DNA from: Prorocentrum cordatum
Lineage: Eukaryota
NCBI GenBank assembly: GCA_963575745.1
Contig: CAUYUJ010000063.1
Span: forward strand, 1 to 64,000
Reading direction: 5' to 3'
DNA: 64,000 nucleotides
The notes under the pieces are model-generated. The model saw only the letters and a list, made by a program, of their open reading frames with translations, was not told the origin of the DNA and made no database searches. Numbering within the stretch: position 1 is the stretch's first letter; each line of letters opens with the position of its first letter. This document shows, piece by piece, positions 13,411 to 24,888 of this stretch. Position numbers and translations under genes: made by a program.

Positions 13411-14260
13411 ACATTTCTAAGGACGGAAAGAAACGGATGGGTAAACATCGGGAGCCTTGAGACGGGGGTCAGTGCAAACAGGCGTCAGCCAGAGCGCCGG
13501 ATCTTGCAGGATCCTGCAGGGCCAGGGTCGCATTGACCCGGGCTTGGGTACAGGATCCTGCAGGATCTTGCATGGTCCCCCGCATTGACCCCGGCTTGGG
13601 TGCAGGACCTTGCAGGATTCTGCAAGGTATGATTCACCCGGGTCTGGATTTACCCGGGTCAGGAGATCCTCGAAAAAAATCAAAACAGACAAATTCGTCA
13701 GAATCCGGTGCGTAACAAAAACATGCGCGGAGGGGGGGCAAATATCTTCCGGACAGAGTCAGGGGAGAGAGGGGGGAGGAGAGGGGGGGGCGGGGGAGGG
13801 GCAGGGGTGGGCCGGCGGAGGGGAGAGGGGGGAGGATGGGGGAGGGGGGGGATAGAGGGGGGGGGGGTGAAGGGGAGGGGGAAGGGGAGGGGGGGAAGGG
13901 AAGGGGGGAGCGGGGGAGGGGGGGGGGGGGGGAAGGGAAGAGGAAGCAGGGGAGGGCGGGGAATGGGGAGGGGGGGAGGGCGGGGCCCCGATCCGCGGCG
14001 GTGGCCGGGCGCGCGCCGCCGACCGCCTGAGCGCCCGCGAGCCTCGCGCTTCGAACTGCGGACGGTTTCGCCCCCCCCTCCGCCTCCTCCTGCTCCTCCT
14101 CCCTCTCCTCCTCCTCCTCCTCGTTCTCCTCCTCCTCCTCCTGCTCCTGCTGCTCCTCCTCTTCCTCCTCCTGCTCCTCCTCCTCCTCCGCCTCCTCCTC
14201 CTCCCTCCGTCCCTCCTCGGCGCGCCACCCGCTGCGCGGGCCCCGCGCCCGAGCGGCCAG

Positions 14261-14605
14261 GCGCGTGGCCTGTGGGAGCAGTGCGTCGTGGTGGTCCCTG
14301 ACTCCTCGGGGCACGCCGGGGAGAGGGTGTCGGACGGGGCCATCGTCAAGCAGCGGCGAAGCGTTCTGGTTTGCACATCGGCCTACCCAAGAAAGTTCTA
14401 AGGATCTTCTGTGGTCTGCACGAAATGTGTTTAGAACATTTCTTGCTCTGACTGTCCTGTTTTTCCACATCTGGCTTCTGGTCTAAGAGCACTGTTTTTG
14501 CTCTTAGAACATGTTTGGGTTCTAAGAAGATTTCGTGGTAGGCCTATAGGAGTGCCGGGACGGTCGGTCTCTGCTCCACATCGGGGGCAACGGTGCGGTG
14601 GACAG
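14261..14605 (+). pseudogene. Candidate exon interrupted by a MITE
   Basis: CCAG|G acceptor. 14261-14350 reads ARGLWEQCVVVVPDSSGHAGERVSDGAIVK and continues in frame after the MITE (14574 on) as LHIGGNGAVD, ending at AG|GC. 37 of 40 codons end in G/C. Confidence 0.45.
14351..14573 (+). mobile_element. MITE family B, copy 1 (223 bp)
   Basis: Long imperfect TIRs (CAG...GGCCTACC / GGTAGGCCTATAGG...CTG) and internal TTCTAAG/CTTAGAA motifs. Homologous to 24889-25115. Confidence 0.8.
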
Positions 14606-15244
14606 GCACGCGAGGGTACACATCGACCCCCCATCGCCCAGTCATCGTCGATAGGGGGCCCGAGGGTCCCGCCCTGCCGAGGAACGTGCGGCTTCGCTAT
14701 CGGCGGCCCGTCGCCGATCTATCGGCAAGGTATCGCTGATCTCAGGTCGATGTTTCCCCCCCTTTCCAGTCCCCACCCCGTCGTTGTCCCTCGGGCTAGG
14801 ACGAGGGCAGATCCGTAGGCCGCGGCGCCCGAGACGTCCCCCACCCCGTCCACCGAGTACCCGTCAGGGTGGCGCTGACCTTTTTTCTCTGCGGCATGCC
14901 ATCGGGGAGAGCCCGTGGCGTCAACAGGACGAGATGCTCCTCCCCCTCCCTCCTCCCCCCTCATCCCTCCCCCTCCCTCCTCCCCTCATCTTCTCCCTTC
15001 CTCCCTCCCCCAGAACTTTTGGGGGCAGTCCTGCCTGACTGTCTCCAGCGTCCCCGACCTGAGCGGCGGGTGGCAAGAGGGCGGCGGTGGCCCATCGTTC
15101 TCTGAGGCCGGTCTGTCTGGGCTCGGGTTTTTCATGCCTGGTCGTCTAGGCACGCAGCACCGTCGCGAGTCACTCGCCGAGGTGTGGTCGCGGGAGACCT
15201 CCTCCTCCCACCGGAGATCATCTGATGAGACCTTTTCCCCGATA

Positions 15245-15864
15245 TTAAGTCGGGCGTGTCCCTCTACAGGAGGAGTATTCCAAAATTAATATGGGGACGA
15301 CTTTTGACTACTTTTGATCGTTTTGAGTATGTGTTTTGAGTATTTCCCTTCCTAGGCTCTGCCTAGAAGGTTTCTTACTGTCTTCGCTTAAGGGGGCCGG
15401 GCAGTGCTACCCGCCCGGGCGGTTCCCCCGGTCCCTTGGGAGCGGTTCCCCCAGTCCCCAGTCCCCTGGGAGCTTTAGCTTTAGCTTTAGCTTTATATTA
15501 GCTTTAGCTTAGCTTTAGCTGAGTTTTAGCTTATATTTAGCTTAGCTGTAGCTTAGCTTTAGCTTAGCTTTAGCTTTAGCTTTAGCTTTAGCGTAGCTTT
15601 AGCGTAGCTTTAACTTAGCTTTAGCTTAGCTTTAGCGTAGCTTTAGCGTAGATTTAGCTTAGATTTAGCTTAGCTTTAGCGTAGCTTTAGCTTAGCTTTA
15701 GCTTAGCTTTAGCTTAGCTTTAGCATAGCTTTAGCTTAGCTTTAGCTTAGCTTTACTGTTACTACTAATGCTGCTTTCCTAGGGGCTCCAACTCCTGGGT
15801 AGGGTCGCGCTGGGATAATTTTTTTCAGCTGAAATTCGCCTGTAGGAAGACATGCCCGACCCAA
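15245..15864 (+). mobile_element. MITE family A, copy 3, split by a nested insertion
   Basis: Left TIR TTAAGTCGGGCGTGTCCCTCTACAGG; right TIR CCTGTAGGAAGACATGCCCGACCCAA. TSD CCCCGATA / CCCTAATA matches 6/8. Confidence 0.8.
15346..15818 (+). mobile_element. TTAGC-microsatellite element (HINE/DINE-1-like), copy 1
   Basis: Left end CCCTTCCTAGG-CTCTG-CCTAGAAGG forms a hairpin; core is (T)TTAGC repeats; right end CTGGGTAGGGTCGCGCTGGGATAA. Inserted in a T run. Ends shared with copies at 19485 and 20620. Confidence 0.75.
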
Positions 15865-16299
15865 CCCTAATAGCGTTTCGATGAGGGGTGCTGGTGTAGA
15901 AAGCAGGAGCACGCGGAAGAGGCCTCCGGGGGGACGAGGCGCCGGGGGGCACCATGTCTGGCAGCCGTGCCGCCCGAGGTTGCGTCTCCATTCTTCGCGC
16001 CTCGCGCGTAGGGGGTCTGCTCTCCGGCAGCTGCTCGCAGGCTGGGCGGTGCTGCTGTTGAGGGGCCTGTCTTTCCCCACCACGGCCATGAGTTGGAGGG
16101 GGGAGGAGGGGGGAGGAGGAGGAAGAGGAAGAGGAGGGGGAGGAGGAGGACCCCCTCCCCCCTCCAACTCATGGTGGTGGTGGCCAAAAAAAAGGCCCAT
16201 GAGCTGCACCTCCCTTCCGCCTGCCGCCGCTCGCTTCCCTGTTTTTCTCTTCGCTGCGGGCGCGGCCCGCCCTAGCACGCTCGGCGTTCGACTCGTCTT

Positions 16300-18600
16300 C
16301 GCGCGCCCACGGGCCAAAAGGTGTATAGGGTTTGACGAGACCTTCGAGCAAGAATCAGATCGTTGCTTCCTTGCTAGGCCTTGCCAGGGCCCTGGTTCAT
16401 CGCCTCCGCCGTTGGAAGTTTCAGGAAGATCGGGGAGTAAAAAACCTGGGGGTGATTTTACCGCGGGGGCCCGCCAGTCTCGAAAGTTTCAGCGTGAGAG
16501 GGTTGGAGAAGCGCGCCGTCGTGTCCGACGATTCCGACTGTTGAGTTCCAGCAGGAAGGGCCCTTTTCAGATTTTGAAGACAGGAGGAGGCCCAGCTGCC
16601 CTGTACGGGGCCCGAGCGCTTGGCATTTCTAACGCCCCTCTGGCCTCTTTGAGGGCTGTGGCGGGGACGGCTGCAGGCAGGTCGCGTACATTGCCACTCC
16701 TTGTGAGCGCGGACTCCAGGGCCGACCTCTATGCGGCTAACGCCTTGCCGTTGGTGCTCCGGTGTCGCGCTGCCGTCGGGAATTGGGCAACTGTTGCCAC
16801 GATGGAAACCACGTTCCGTCAGGCCCAGGCTAGTTATCTCTAACGGCAGGGCTCGAGGCCCGTGCTCGGCCGGTCTTGGCCACGCTTGGGTCAGGTCGGG
16901 GTGGACCGCTGAGCGATTCGATCGTTGGGTGACTGGGAGTGTCATGGCGCCAACATCGCAGAGTGGATGGGCCCGGATTGTCCTGGAGAATTTCGCTCTG
17001 GATTTCGAGGTGATCATCGTGTGGGTTTTTCTTGGCCAGGGCTGAAGGTTAAACAGAAGTCCACGCGAAATTAACTTCGTTTTTCGCTCGCCGTTTCGGG
17101 GTTCTGCGTAGACGGAAATCCACGCACAAATCCGCTGCAGCACGTCTGCAAGGTCGGTGCAGTGAGGAGAGGGCTGGTGGATCTTCGGGGGGTCTACTCT
17201 GGCACTCTGCGCCAGCTCGTCGACATCGGGACGTGGCGCGCGCTGCTTCAGTCTCTCCCAGGCTCCCCAGGGCTGGAGCTTCTTGGAGGGGCCCCACTCT
17301 TGGAGCCAGTTCGCAAGGCCCAAGCTCAGCTTCGACGAGAGGGCCACATGTCTGGGGCGCAGTTGCTCGCTGCTCGTGTGGTTGGGGGTCTCTGGAAGCA
17401 GCATCGATTGTTCGCGGCTCGTTCGGTGAGCTCGGCGGAGTGTGTTGGTTGTCTGCAAGGCTGCGCCAGGGACCCTTCAGCATCGCCTCTTTTGTTCTGA
17501 TTTTCCCAAGGCCATTCGGGACGGACTTGACCTTGACGAAGTCACGCGTGCTGGTAGAGAGTGCGAGGTCAATGATCCGCTCATCTTGCGAGGCCTTGCA
17601 GACTCCCTGTTGCGTTTGCAGCCCCCGCCGTTCCAGCTGGGGTGATTCGTAATGATGGTTCGTGGCAGGGAGGATCCCTGTCAGAGATTATCGGCATTGA
17701 CGGTTCATGCCTCAATCCTGAATTCATACATGCCAGCCATGTTGGCGGGGCGTGCGTGGGGACAGATGCGCATGGTGAGTCGTGTGGTGTTTTGCTTGGC
17801 ACTCTTCCCACGGCGCTGCAGTGCAGATTGGCCTTGCTGAAGTCTGGGTTTTGATCTTGTGCCTGCAACACTGTGTGGGGGAGGTCACCATCATCACTGA
17901 TTGTAAGGCTGTCGCCGACGGCTTCGCCGCGGGTGCCGCGGTCTGTTGCAAAGCCACGCGTCCATACTATGAAGTCTGGGTCCGTGCTTGAAAAAAGATC
18001 AGGACATCGGCCGTGGTCCGATTCAGGTTTTTGGGGTCCCTGCACATACCTCCTGGCCTCAGGCCCAGTCGAGTGTGATCCCGTGGTTTCATTTCAGGGC
18101 TAACGTGCTCGCGGGTCGTTTCGCGAAGCTTAGGGCACGTGGTCACCCTAACAGCCCCGAAGTTGAAGAGCAGAGACCCATTCTGTGGTGGGCCGCTCGG
18201 TGTGTTGCCTACCGCACGGGGAGAGTTCTTGCCCACCTGGCGGCCGCTGATTTTTCCCTGGTGGTGAGTGCCCTCGGCTTCGTCGCTCGTTCGATCCGCT
18301 CATCCTGGTCTCGGATCCCATGGGGACGCCGGGGGTGCTTAGCTTGTGGTCGAAGTTGCTTGACTCGGGCCCGTCTCGTGGCGAACCCGTGTCCAGGGGT
18401 CCCCTCAAGCTGGCTCAGGCGCATTGATCCCATCGGCTCTGGTGGTCAGGAGGCCACGAAGGGATTGTGTGGTGCAGCGCATGCGGCGCCTATGCGAGGA
18501 GACAGATCCTTGCCTTGTCAGGCCGATGCGTTGGACACCCAATCGATTGGTTGAGTCAGAGCCCTGAAGGGGCTACAGAGAGGTAAGGACCCCACTTCAA
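16300..18600 (+). mobile_element. 5'-truncated, decayed non-LTR retrotransposon (RT C-terminus/thumb, Cys-His region, RNase H)
   Basis: Frameshifted motifs in order: SKNQIVAS..VKNLG; TGGGPAALYGA; LWKQHRLF..ECVGC..GTLQHRLFC; RNase H pattern IDGS (~17699), AEVW, ITDC (~17896), VPAH (~18036), N.LA..FAK. Both boundaries approximate. Confidence 0.8.
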
Positions 18601-19126
18601 GACGCCCCTCCCTCGGTCCACCCCCGCGGTGCCCCCGCTGTGTCCCCGTCGTGTCGATTGGGCTCAGGGGCAACGTGGGGTTGTGGCCGGGAGGGGAGAG
18701 CTTCAGTGTGACACTGAAATTTTGAGGAGTTTCGGAGCCTCGGATCGGGGAGTGGGTCCAGGTCTCGCTTCGATCGGTGCGTGCGTGGTGGATCGTGGAT
18801 TGCGGTGGTTCCCACGGGGACTGCCGTCAGAGGAGCGGAAAGAGGATGAGGAGGAGGAGGAGGAGGTTGAGGAGGCTGAGGAGGGGAATGAGGAGGAGGA
18901 GGAGGAGGAGGAGGAGGAGGGTATTGAGGACGTTATTGAGGAGGAGATTGAGAGGAGGCGGAGGAGGAGAAGGAGGAGCAGCAGCAGCAGCAGGAGGAAG
19001 AGCATGAGGAGGAGGAGGAGGAGAAGGAGGAGGAGGAGGAGGAGAAAGAGGAGGAGGAGGAGGAGGAAGGGGGAGCATGAGGAGGAACAGGAGGACGAGA
19101 AGGAGGAGGAGGAGGAGGAGGAGGAG

Positions 19127-19484
19127 GCATACCGCCTTTTGGTGCCCTCGTAAGACGCTCTTCGGGCAGTTTTGGAGCCCTCTTGGAGCCTTCTTGGACC
19201 CTTTGGGGGGGGTCCCTTGGGAGCCCTGGAGGGCCTCTTGAGGCCATATTGGAGGCCATCGATGAAAGGGAGAGGGGTTCTTTATCTAGCCCCCCCTTTT
19301 AAGAGCCCTCGACATCGCCTCTTGTGGCCCTCGTGGGGCACTCTTGGGGCGTTCTCGGGGCCGTCTTAGAGGCCTCTTGAACCTACCTCTCTTGGGGCCT
19401 TCTTGGGCCATCTTGGGGCCCTCCTGAGGTTTCGAAAGCGCGTCGGAAGCGAAAAGGCGGGAATGTTAAAATCATGTATTTTTT
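19127..19484 (-). mobile_element. Fragment of an R1-family CTTGG-rich body
   Basis: Shares TCGGAAGCGAAAAGGCG..AAAATCAT and the ATCGAT..AAAG..GGGGTT segment with 6130-6550. Cut at 19485 by the TTAGC element. Confidence 0.6.
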
Positions 19485-20040
19485 CCCTACCTACGCTCTG
19501 CCTAGAAGGGTTCTTATTCTCTGGGCTTAAATGGGGCCGGGCAGTGGAAAGCGCCCCGGGCGGTTCCCCCGGTATCCGCCCCGCGGTTCCCCCAGTTACG
19601 TCCCCTTAGCTTAGCGTTGCTTATCTCATCTTAGCTTAGCTTATTTCATCTTAGCTTAGCTTAGCTTCATCTTAGCTCAGGTTTACCTTAGTTTAGCTTA
19701 CCTTCATCTTAGCTTCGCTGAGCTTTAGCATAGCAGAGCACAGCATAGCGTAGCATAGCATAGCGCAGCACAGCATATCATAGCATAGCCCAGCATAGCA
19801 TAGCATAGCGCAGCATAGCATAGCATAGCATAACATAGCATAGCGCAGCACAGCGCAGCACAGCATAGCACAGCGCAGCATAGCATAGCATAGCATAGCA
19901 GAGCATAGCAGAGCATAGCAGAGCATAGCATAGCAGCAAAGCAAAGGCAAAGCAACAGCAGCGACAGCAAAGCAAAGCACACGCAACGCAAGGCAAAGCA
20001 CAAGCAACAGCAAAGCAAAGGAAAGGCAAAGCAAAAGCAA
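19485..20040 (+). mobile_element. TTAGC-microsatellite element, copy 2 (right end not seen)
   Basis: Left end CCCTACCTACGCTCTGCCTAGAAGGG, followed by (TTAGC)n, (ATAGC)n and (GCAAA)n. Confidence 0.7.
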
Positions 20041-20619
20041 TGTGCGACAGATGCCGAGCCAGCCCCGATGGTTTCATACACTAATCATGTGTGTTCAAGA
20101 TCCTATATGTTTAAACATCCTATGTATTAAGAGCTGACCTGTACCCAGCGCACGAGGCGTCCCCGGGGCGCCCACGGGCGGGCACCCGTCGACACCTCGG
20201 CACGCCGACGAGGCGCTCTCGTTCTTGATGCGCACAGTGGACCACCAGGCGCAACCCTGGCACCCTCGCCGGAGGAGGAGGAGGAGGAGGAGGAGGAGGA
20301 GGGAGAGGAGGGAGAGGAGGAAGAGGAGGAGGGAGGAGGAGGGAGAGGAGGGAGAGGAGGAGGAAGGAGGGAGGAGGGAAGAGGGAGGAGGGAGGCAAGG
20401 CGCGGTGTTGGTCGCACGAGGCAAACTGTTGAAATCTTTGCTGTGTTCAAAACTTGAAACAATACTGAAACATGTGGAATCGCGAAGCGGGCGAAGTATG
20501 AGTGTGAGCGTGCCAGGATCTGGAAGTCTGGAAACCATGCCCAAGACTTGGAGGTTTGAAGGATTTGAGAAAATATCGCCAGGATTTGGAAGTTTGGAAC
20601 AGTTCTAAGTTCTCGACCG

Positions 20620-21475
20620 AGGCTCTGCCTAGAAGGGTTCTTACTCTCTTGGCTTAAAGGGGCCGGGCAGTGGGAACCGGCCCGGGCGGTTCCCTCAGTA
20701 TCCGCCCCGCGGTTCCCCAGTTGCGCCCCCTGGGTTCACCCAGCTTAGCTTAGCTAAGCTTAGCTTAGCTTAGCATAGCTTAGCTTAGCTTAGCTTGGCT
20801 GAGCTTGGCTTGGCTTAGCTTAGCTTAGCTTAGCTTAGCCTAGCCTAGCCTAGCTTAGCTTAGCTTAGCATAGCTTAGCTTACCTTAGCTTAGCCTAGCG
20901 CAGCGCAGCATAGCGCAGCGCAGCAGTAGCACAGCATAGCATAGCATATCATAGCCAAGCATATCATAGCATAGCATAGCATAGCATTGCATATCATTGT
21001 TAAGCGCAGCATAACATATCATAGCATTGTATAGCATTGCTTTGCATAGCACAGCGCAGCATAGCATATCATGTCATAGCATAGCACATCATAACATACC
21101 ATAGCATAGCATAGCATAGCATAGCATAGCGCAGCATATCATAGCATAGCATAGCACAGCACAGCATAGCGCAGCATAGCATGTCATACCATAGCCTAGC
21201 ATAACATAGCATAGTGCAGCATAGCATACCATACCATAGCATAGCGCATCGTACCATAGCATATCATAGCGCAGGTGTAGATGTGGATGTAGATGTATAT
21301 GTAGATGTAGATGTAGGCGTAGATGTAGGTGTAGATGTAGATGTAGATGGGAGTATCGCTGTTGATATTGATGTATATGTAGATGCAGGTGTAGATGTAA
21401 ATGTAGCTGTCGGTGTAGATGTAGATGTTGCTTTCCGAAATGCTCCAACTTCTAGGTAGGGTCGCACTGGGATAA
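20620..21475 (+). mobile_element. TTAGC-microsatellite element, copy 3
   Basis: Left end AGGCTCTGCCTAGAAGGG (slightly truncated); core (TTAGC)n, (ATAGC)n, (GTAGAT)n; right end CTAGGTAGGGTCGCACTGGGATAA. Confidence 0.8.
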
Positions 21476-21611
21476 CCCATATGTTCCCAACCATCCTAAG
21501 GTGTTGGGTCTTCGTTTTGGAGAGACAGCGCCCCGCGTCTCACCTCACCTCACCTCCCGCGCTCCTCCTCCTCCTCCCCCTCCCTTTCCTGCGTCTGCTC
21601 TCTCGCATGCT

Positions 21612-23270
21612 CATTTCGGCGCACCCCTCACGCGCTTCGTGGCCCCACAGGGAGCTCCACCGAAGGCCCCAGCGGCAGGGTTTGCATGCAGTTTCACCTC
21701 CATTTCGGCGCACCTCTCACACGTTTCGTGGCCCATAGGGTGCTCCACCAAAAGCCCCAGCGGCAGGGTTTGCATGCGTCTCCCCGTCCATTTCGGCACA
21801 CCCCTCACGAGGATCGCGGCCCCACAGGGAGCTCAACCGAAGGCCCCTGCGGCAGGGTTCGCATGCGTTCCTCAGCCGATGTTGGCACACCCCTCACGAG
21901 GATCGTGGCCCCATAGGGAGCTCCACCAAAGGCCCCTGCGGCAGGGTTTGCATGCGTTCCTCATTGCGTTCCTCAGCCGATGTTAGCACACCCCTCACGA
22001 GGATCGTGGCCCCATAGGGAGCTCCACCGAAGGCCCCGGCGGCAGGATTTGCATGCGTCCCCCCGCCCATTTTAGGCACACCCTTCACGAGGATCGCGGC
22101 CCCATAGGAAGTTCTACCAAAGGCCCTTGCGGCAGGGTTTGCGTGCACCCCCCCGTTGATTTCTGTACACCCCTCACGAGGATCGTGGCCCCGCAGGGAG
22201 CTCCACCGAAGGCCTCAGCGGCAGGGTTTGCGTGCGTCCCCCTGTCCAGTTCGGCACACCCTTCACGAGGATCGTGGCCCCATAGGGAGCTCCACCGAAG
22301 GCCCCAGCGGCAGGGTTTGTGCCCCCCCGCCCATTTCGGCACACCCCTCACGAGGATCGCGGCCCCGTAATAGGGAGCTCCACCGAAGGCCCCAGCGGCA
22401 GGGTTTGCATGCGTCCCCCCCATGTCGGCACACCCTTCACGAGGATCGCGGTCCCATGGGGGGTTTGCCCCCATGCATGCGTCTCCCCGCACATGTCGGC
22501 ACACCCCTCACGAGGATCGTGGCCCCACAGGGAGCTCCACCGAAGGCCCCAGCGGTCGGTTTGCATGCGTTCCCCCGCACATGTCGGCACACCCCTCACG
22601 AGGATCGCGGCCCCATATGGAGCTCCACCGAAGGCCCCAGCGGCAGGGTTTGCATGCGTCCCCCCACACATGTCGGCACGCCCCTCACGAGGATCGTGGC
22701 CCTATGGGGAGCTCCACCGAAGGCCCCAGCGGCGCCAGCGGCAGGGTTTGCATGCGTCCCCCCGCCCATTTCGGCACACCCCTCACGAGGATCGTGGCCC
22801 ATGGGGAGCTCCACCGAAGGCCCCAGCGGCAGGGTATGCATGCGTCCCCCCGCCCATGTCGGCACACCCCTCACGAGGATCGCGGCCCCACAGGGAGCTC
22901 CACCGAAGGCCCCAGCGGCAGTGTTTGCCCCCGCCCATTTCGGCACACCCCTCACGAGGATCGTGGCCTCATAGGGAGCTCCGCCGAAGGCCCCAGCGGC
23001 AGGATTTGCATGCGTCCCCCCGCCCAGTTCGGCACACCCCTCACGAGGATCGCGGCCCCATAGGGAGCTCCACCGAAGGCCCCGGCGGCAGGGTTTGCAT
23101 GCGTCCCCCCGCCCATTCGGCACACCCCTCACGAGGATCGTGGCCCCATGGGGAGCTCCACCGAAGGCCCCGGCGGCGCCAGCGGCAGGGTTTACATGCG
23201 TCCCCCCGCCCATTTCGGCACACCGGCACACCCCTCACGAGTATCGTGGCCCCATAAGGGGGTTCCACCG
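21612..23270. repeat. Minisatellite array, ~19 x ~89 bp
   Basis: Unit CGGCACACCCCTCACGAGGATCGYGGCCCCAYAGGGAGCTCCACCGAAGGCCCCAGCGGCAGGGTTTGCATGCGTCCCCCCGCCCATTT, repeated with small indels. Confidence 0.95.
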
Positions 23271-23384
23271 AGAGCGATACCCACAACGCGGTACTCACAG
23301 TTGCATATGGTTGGGTCCCTCGACATGATAATGTTTGAAGGATTGTGGCCTCTTATGCGGGTCCTGATGGGGGCTCTGTGAGCA

Positions 23385-23657
23385 TTTGGAACCGACTTGC
23401 GGCTTTCGTCGGGCCTCTTGGAGGTATGTAAGCTGTCTCGAACCATCTTCGGCTGTCTTGAGCCACCTTGGAGGCCATCTTGGAGCATCGGAGGCCCTCT
23501 TGGAGCCATCTTGGGCAAAAAAGAACCCTCTGCCAACTCGCGCCCCTTCCAAAGAAAAAGCTCATGGACGGGCATGGGGGGGACCCCTCCTCGAAGGGCA
23601 GAGGGTTCTGGAAGGGGAAATATATTTGGAACACCTTAGCCCAGAGGGCTGGTGTTA
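23385..23657 (-). mobile_element. R1-family element end (R4)
   Basis: CTTGG-rich segment followed by AACACCTTAGCCCAGAGGGCTGGTGTT, homologous to the R1 end at 6868-6896. Confidence 0.65.
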
Positions 23658-24004
23658 TTGACTCGGGAATCGTGCTCTCGCCTCAGTGCCGGTTGCATTT
23701 CTGGTCCGGTCGCCCATTGCTCCTTGTAAAGATACGTTGTGGTGCCCACGGCCCTGCTCCGCTGCCATCGAGGTGCTTTTCCTGGGCTAGTTGCCATCTC
23801 GGCACAGCGTGCAGCACCGCCCCAGAGGGCCAGCAGCGGGCCGCCCCCTCCAAAAGTCAGCCCACGGGCCTGCTTCCCGCGGCCGGTCACCTGCCTTCGG
23901 GCGATGGGCCGGTCGCGGCGTGCCATCTGTCCGTCGCCCGCGAACTGAACTTCGACATTTCTGCGCCACGACCAGGAGCAGGACAACAAGGAGGCGTAGG
24001 AGGC

Positions 24005-24089
<85 letters not shown>

Positions 24090-24271
24090 GTGATGGTGAT
24101 GGTGATGGTGATGGTGATGGTGATGGTGATGGTGATGGTGATGGTGATGGTGATGTGATGGTGATGGTGATGGTGATGGGTGATGGTGATGGTGATGGTG
24201 ATGATGGTGATGGTGATGGTATGGTGATGATGGTGATGATGATGGTGATGATGGTGATGATGGTGATGATT

Positions 24272-24316
<45 letters not shown>

Positions 24317-24408
24317 CCTGATGCTGATGCTGATGCTGATGCTGATTCTTGATGCTGATGCTGAGTGATGATGATGGCTGATGCTGATGCTGATGCTGAT
24401 GCTGATGC

Positions 24409-24444
<36 letters not shown>

Positions 24445-24530
24445 GGAGGAGGAGGAGGAGGAGGATGGAGGAGGAGGCGGAGGTGGAGGTGGAGGAGGGG
24501 TGGAGGAGGAGGTGGCAAGAAGAGGAGGAC
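24005..24530 (+). repeat. (GAT)n / (GATGGT)n / (GAG)n microsatellite
   Basis: Directly visible. Confidence 0.95.
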
Positions 24531-24888
24531 AATGGCGAAGGCGCAGGCGAGAAGGAGCACGAAGTTCCAGGAGGAGGACGACGAAAGAGACAAGGCGGAG
24601 TTGGAGCAGCGCTGGGAGGACCTGCAATCGGGGTGCCTCAAGAGAGGGGGGTTCGTGCCACCGCGCCCCCCCCCTGCCGGCGGGGACAGGGTTGGTGCGA
24701 AAGTCATCGCGATGAACGCCGCCGTCGCCATCGCAGAGTCGTTCGACGACTTGGACCGTGTCGCCGCCCCCTCCTCATCCTCCTGCTCCTTCTCCTCCTC
24801 GCAGGTATTTTTGGGCCTCCGCCGACGCCTCCCGTCGCCGCGGATGGGCGCAAGCCGGAGAGATGGCCAGGCGGGGCCTTGGATCAAG

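Noticed and set aside
15473..15755. Interstitial telomere repeat
   Set aside because: The unit is TTAGC/TTTAGC, not TTTAGGG, and it is the internal core of a dispersed element.
21612..23270. CRISPR array or repeat protein (GSSTEGPSG..)
   Set aside because: The entire unit is conserved with no unique spacers, and indels break every reading frame.
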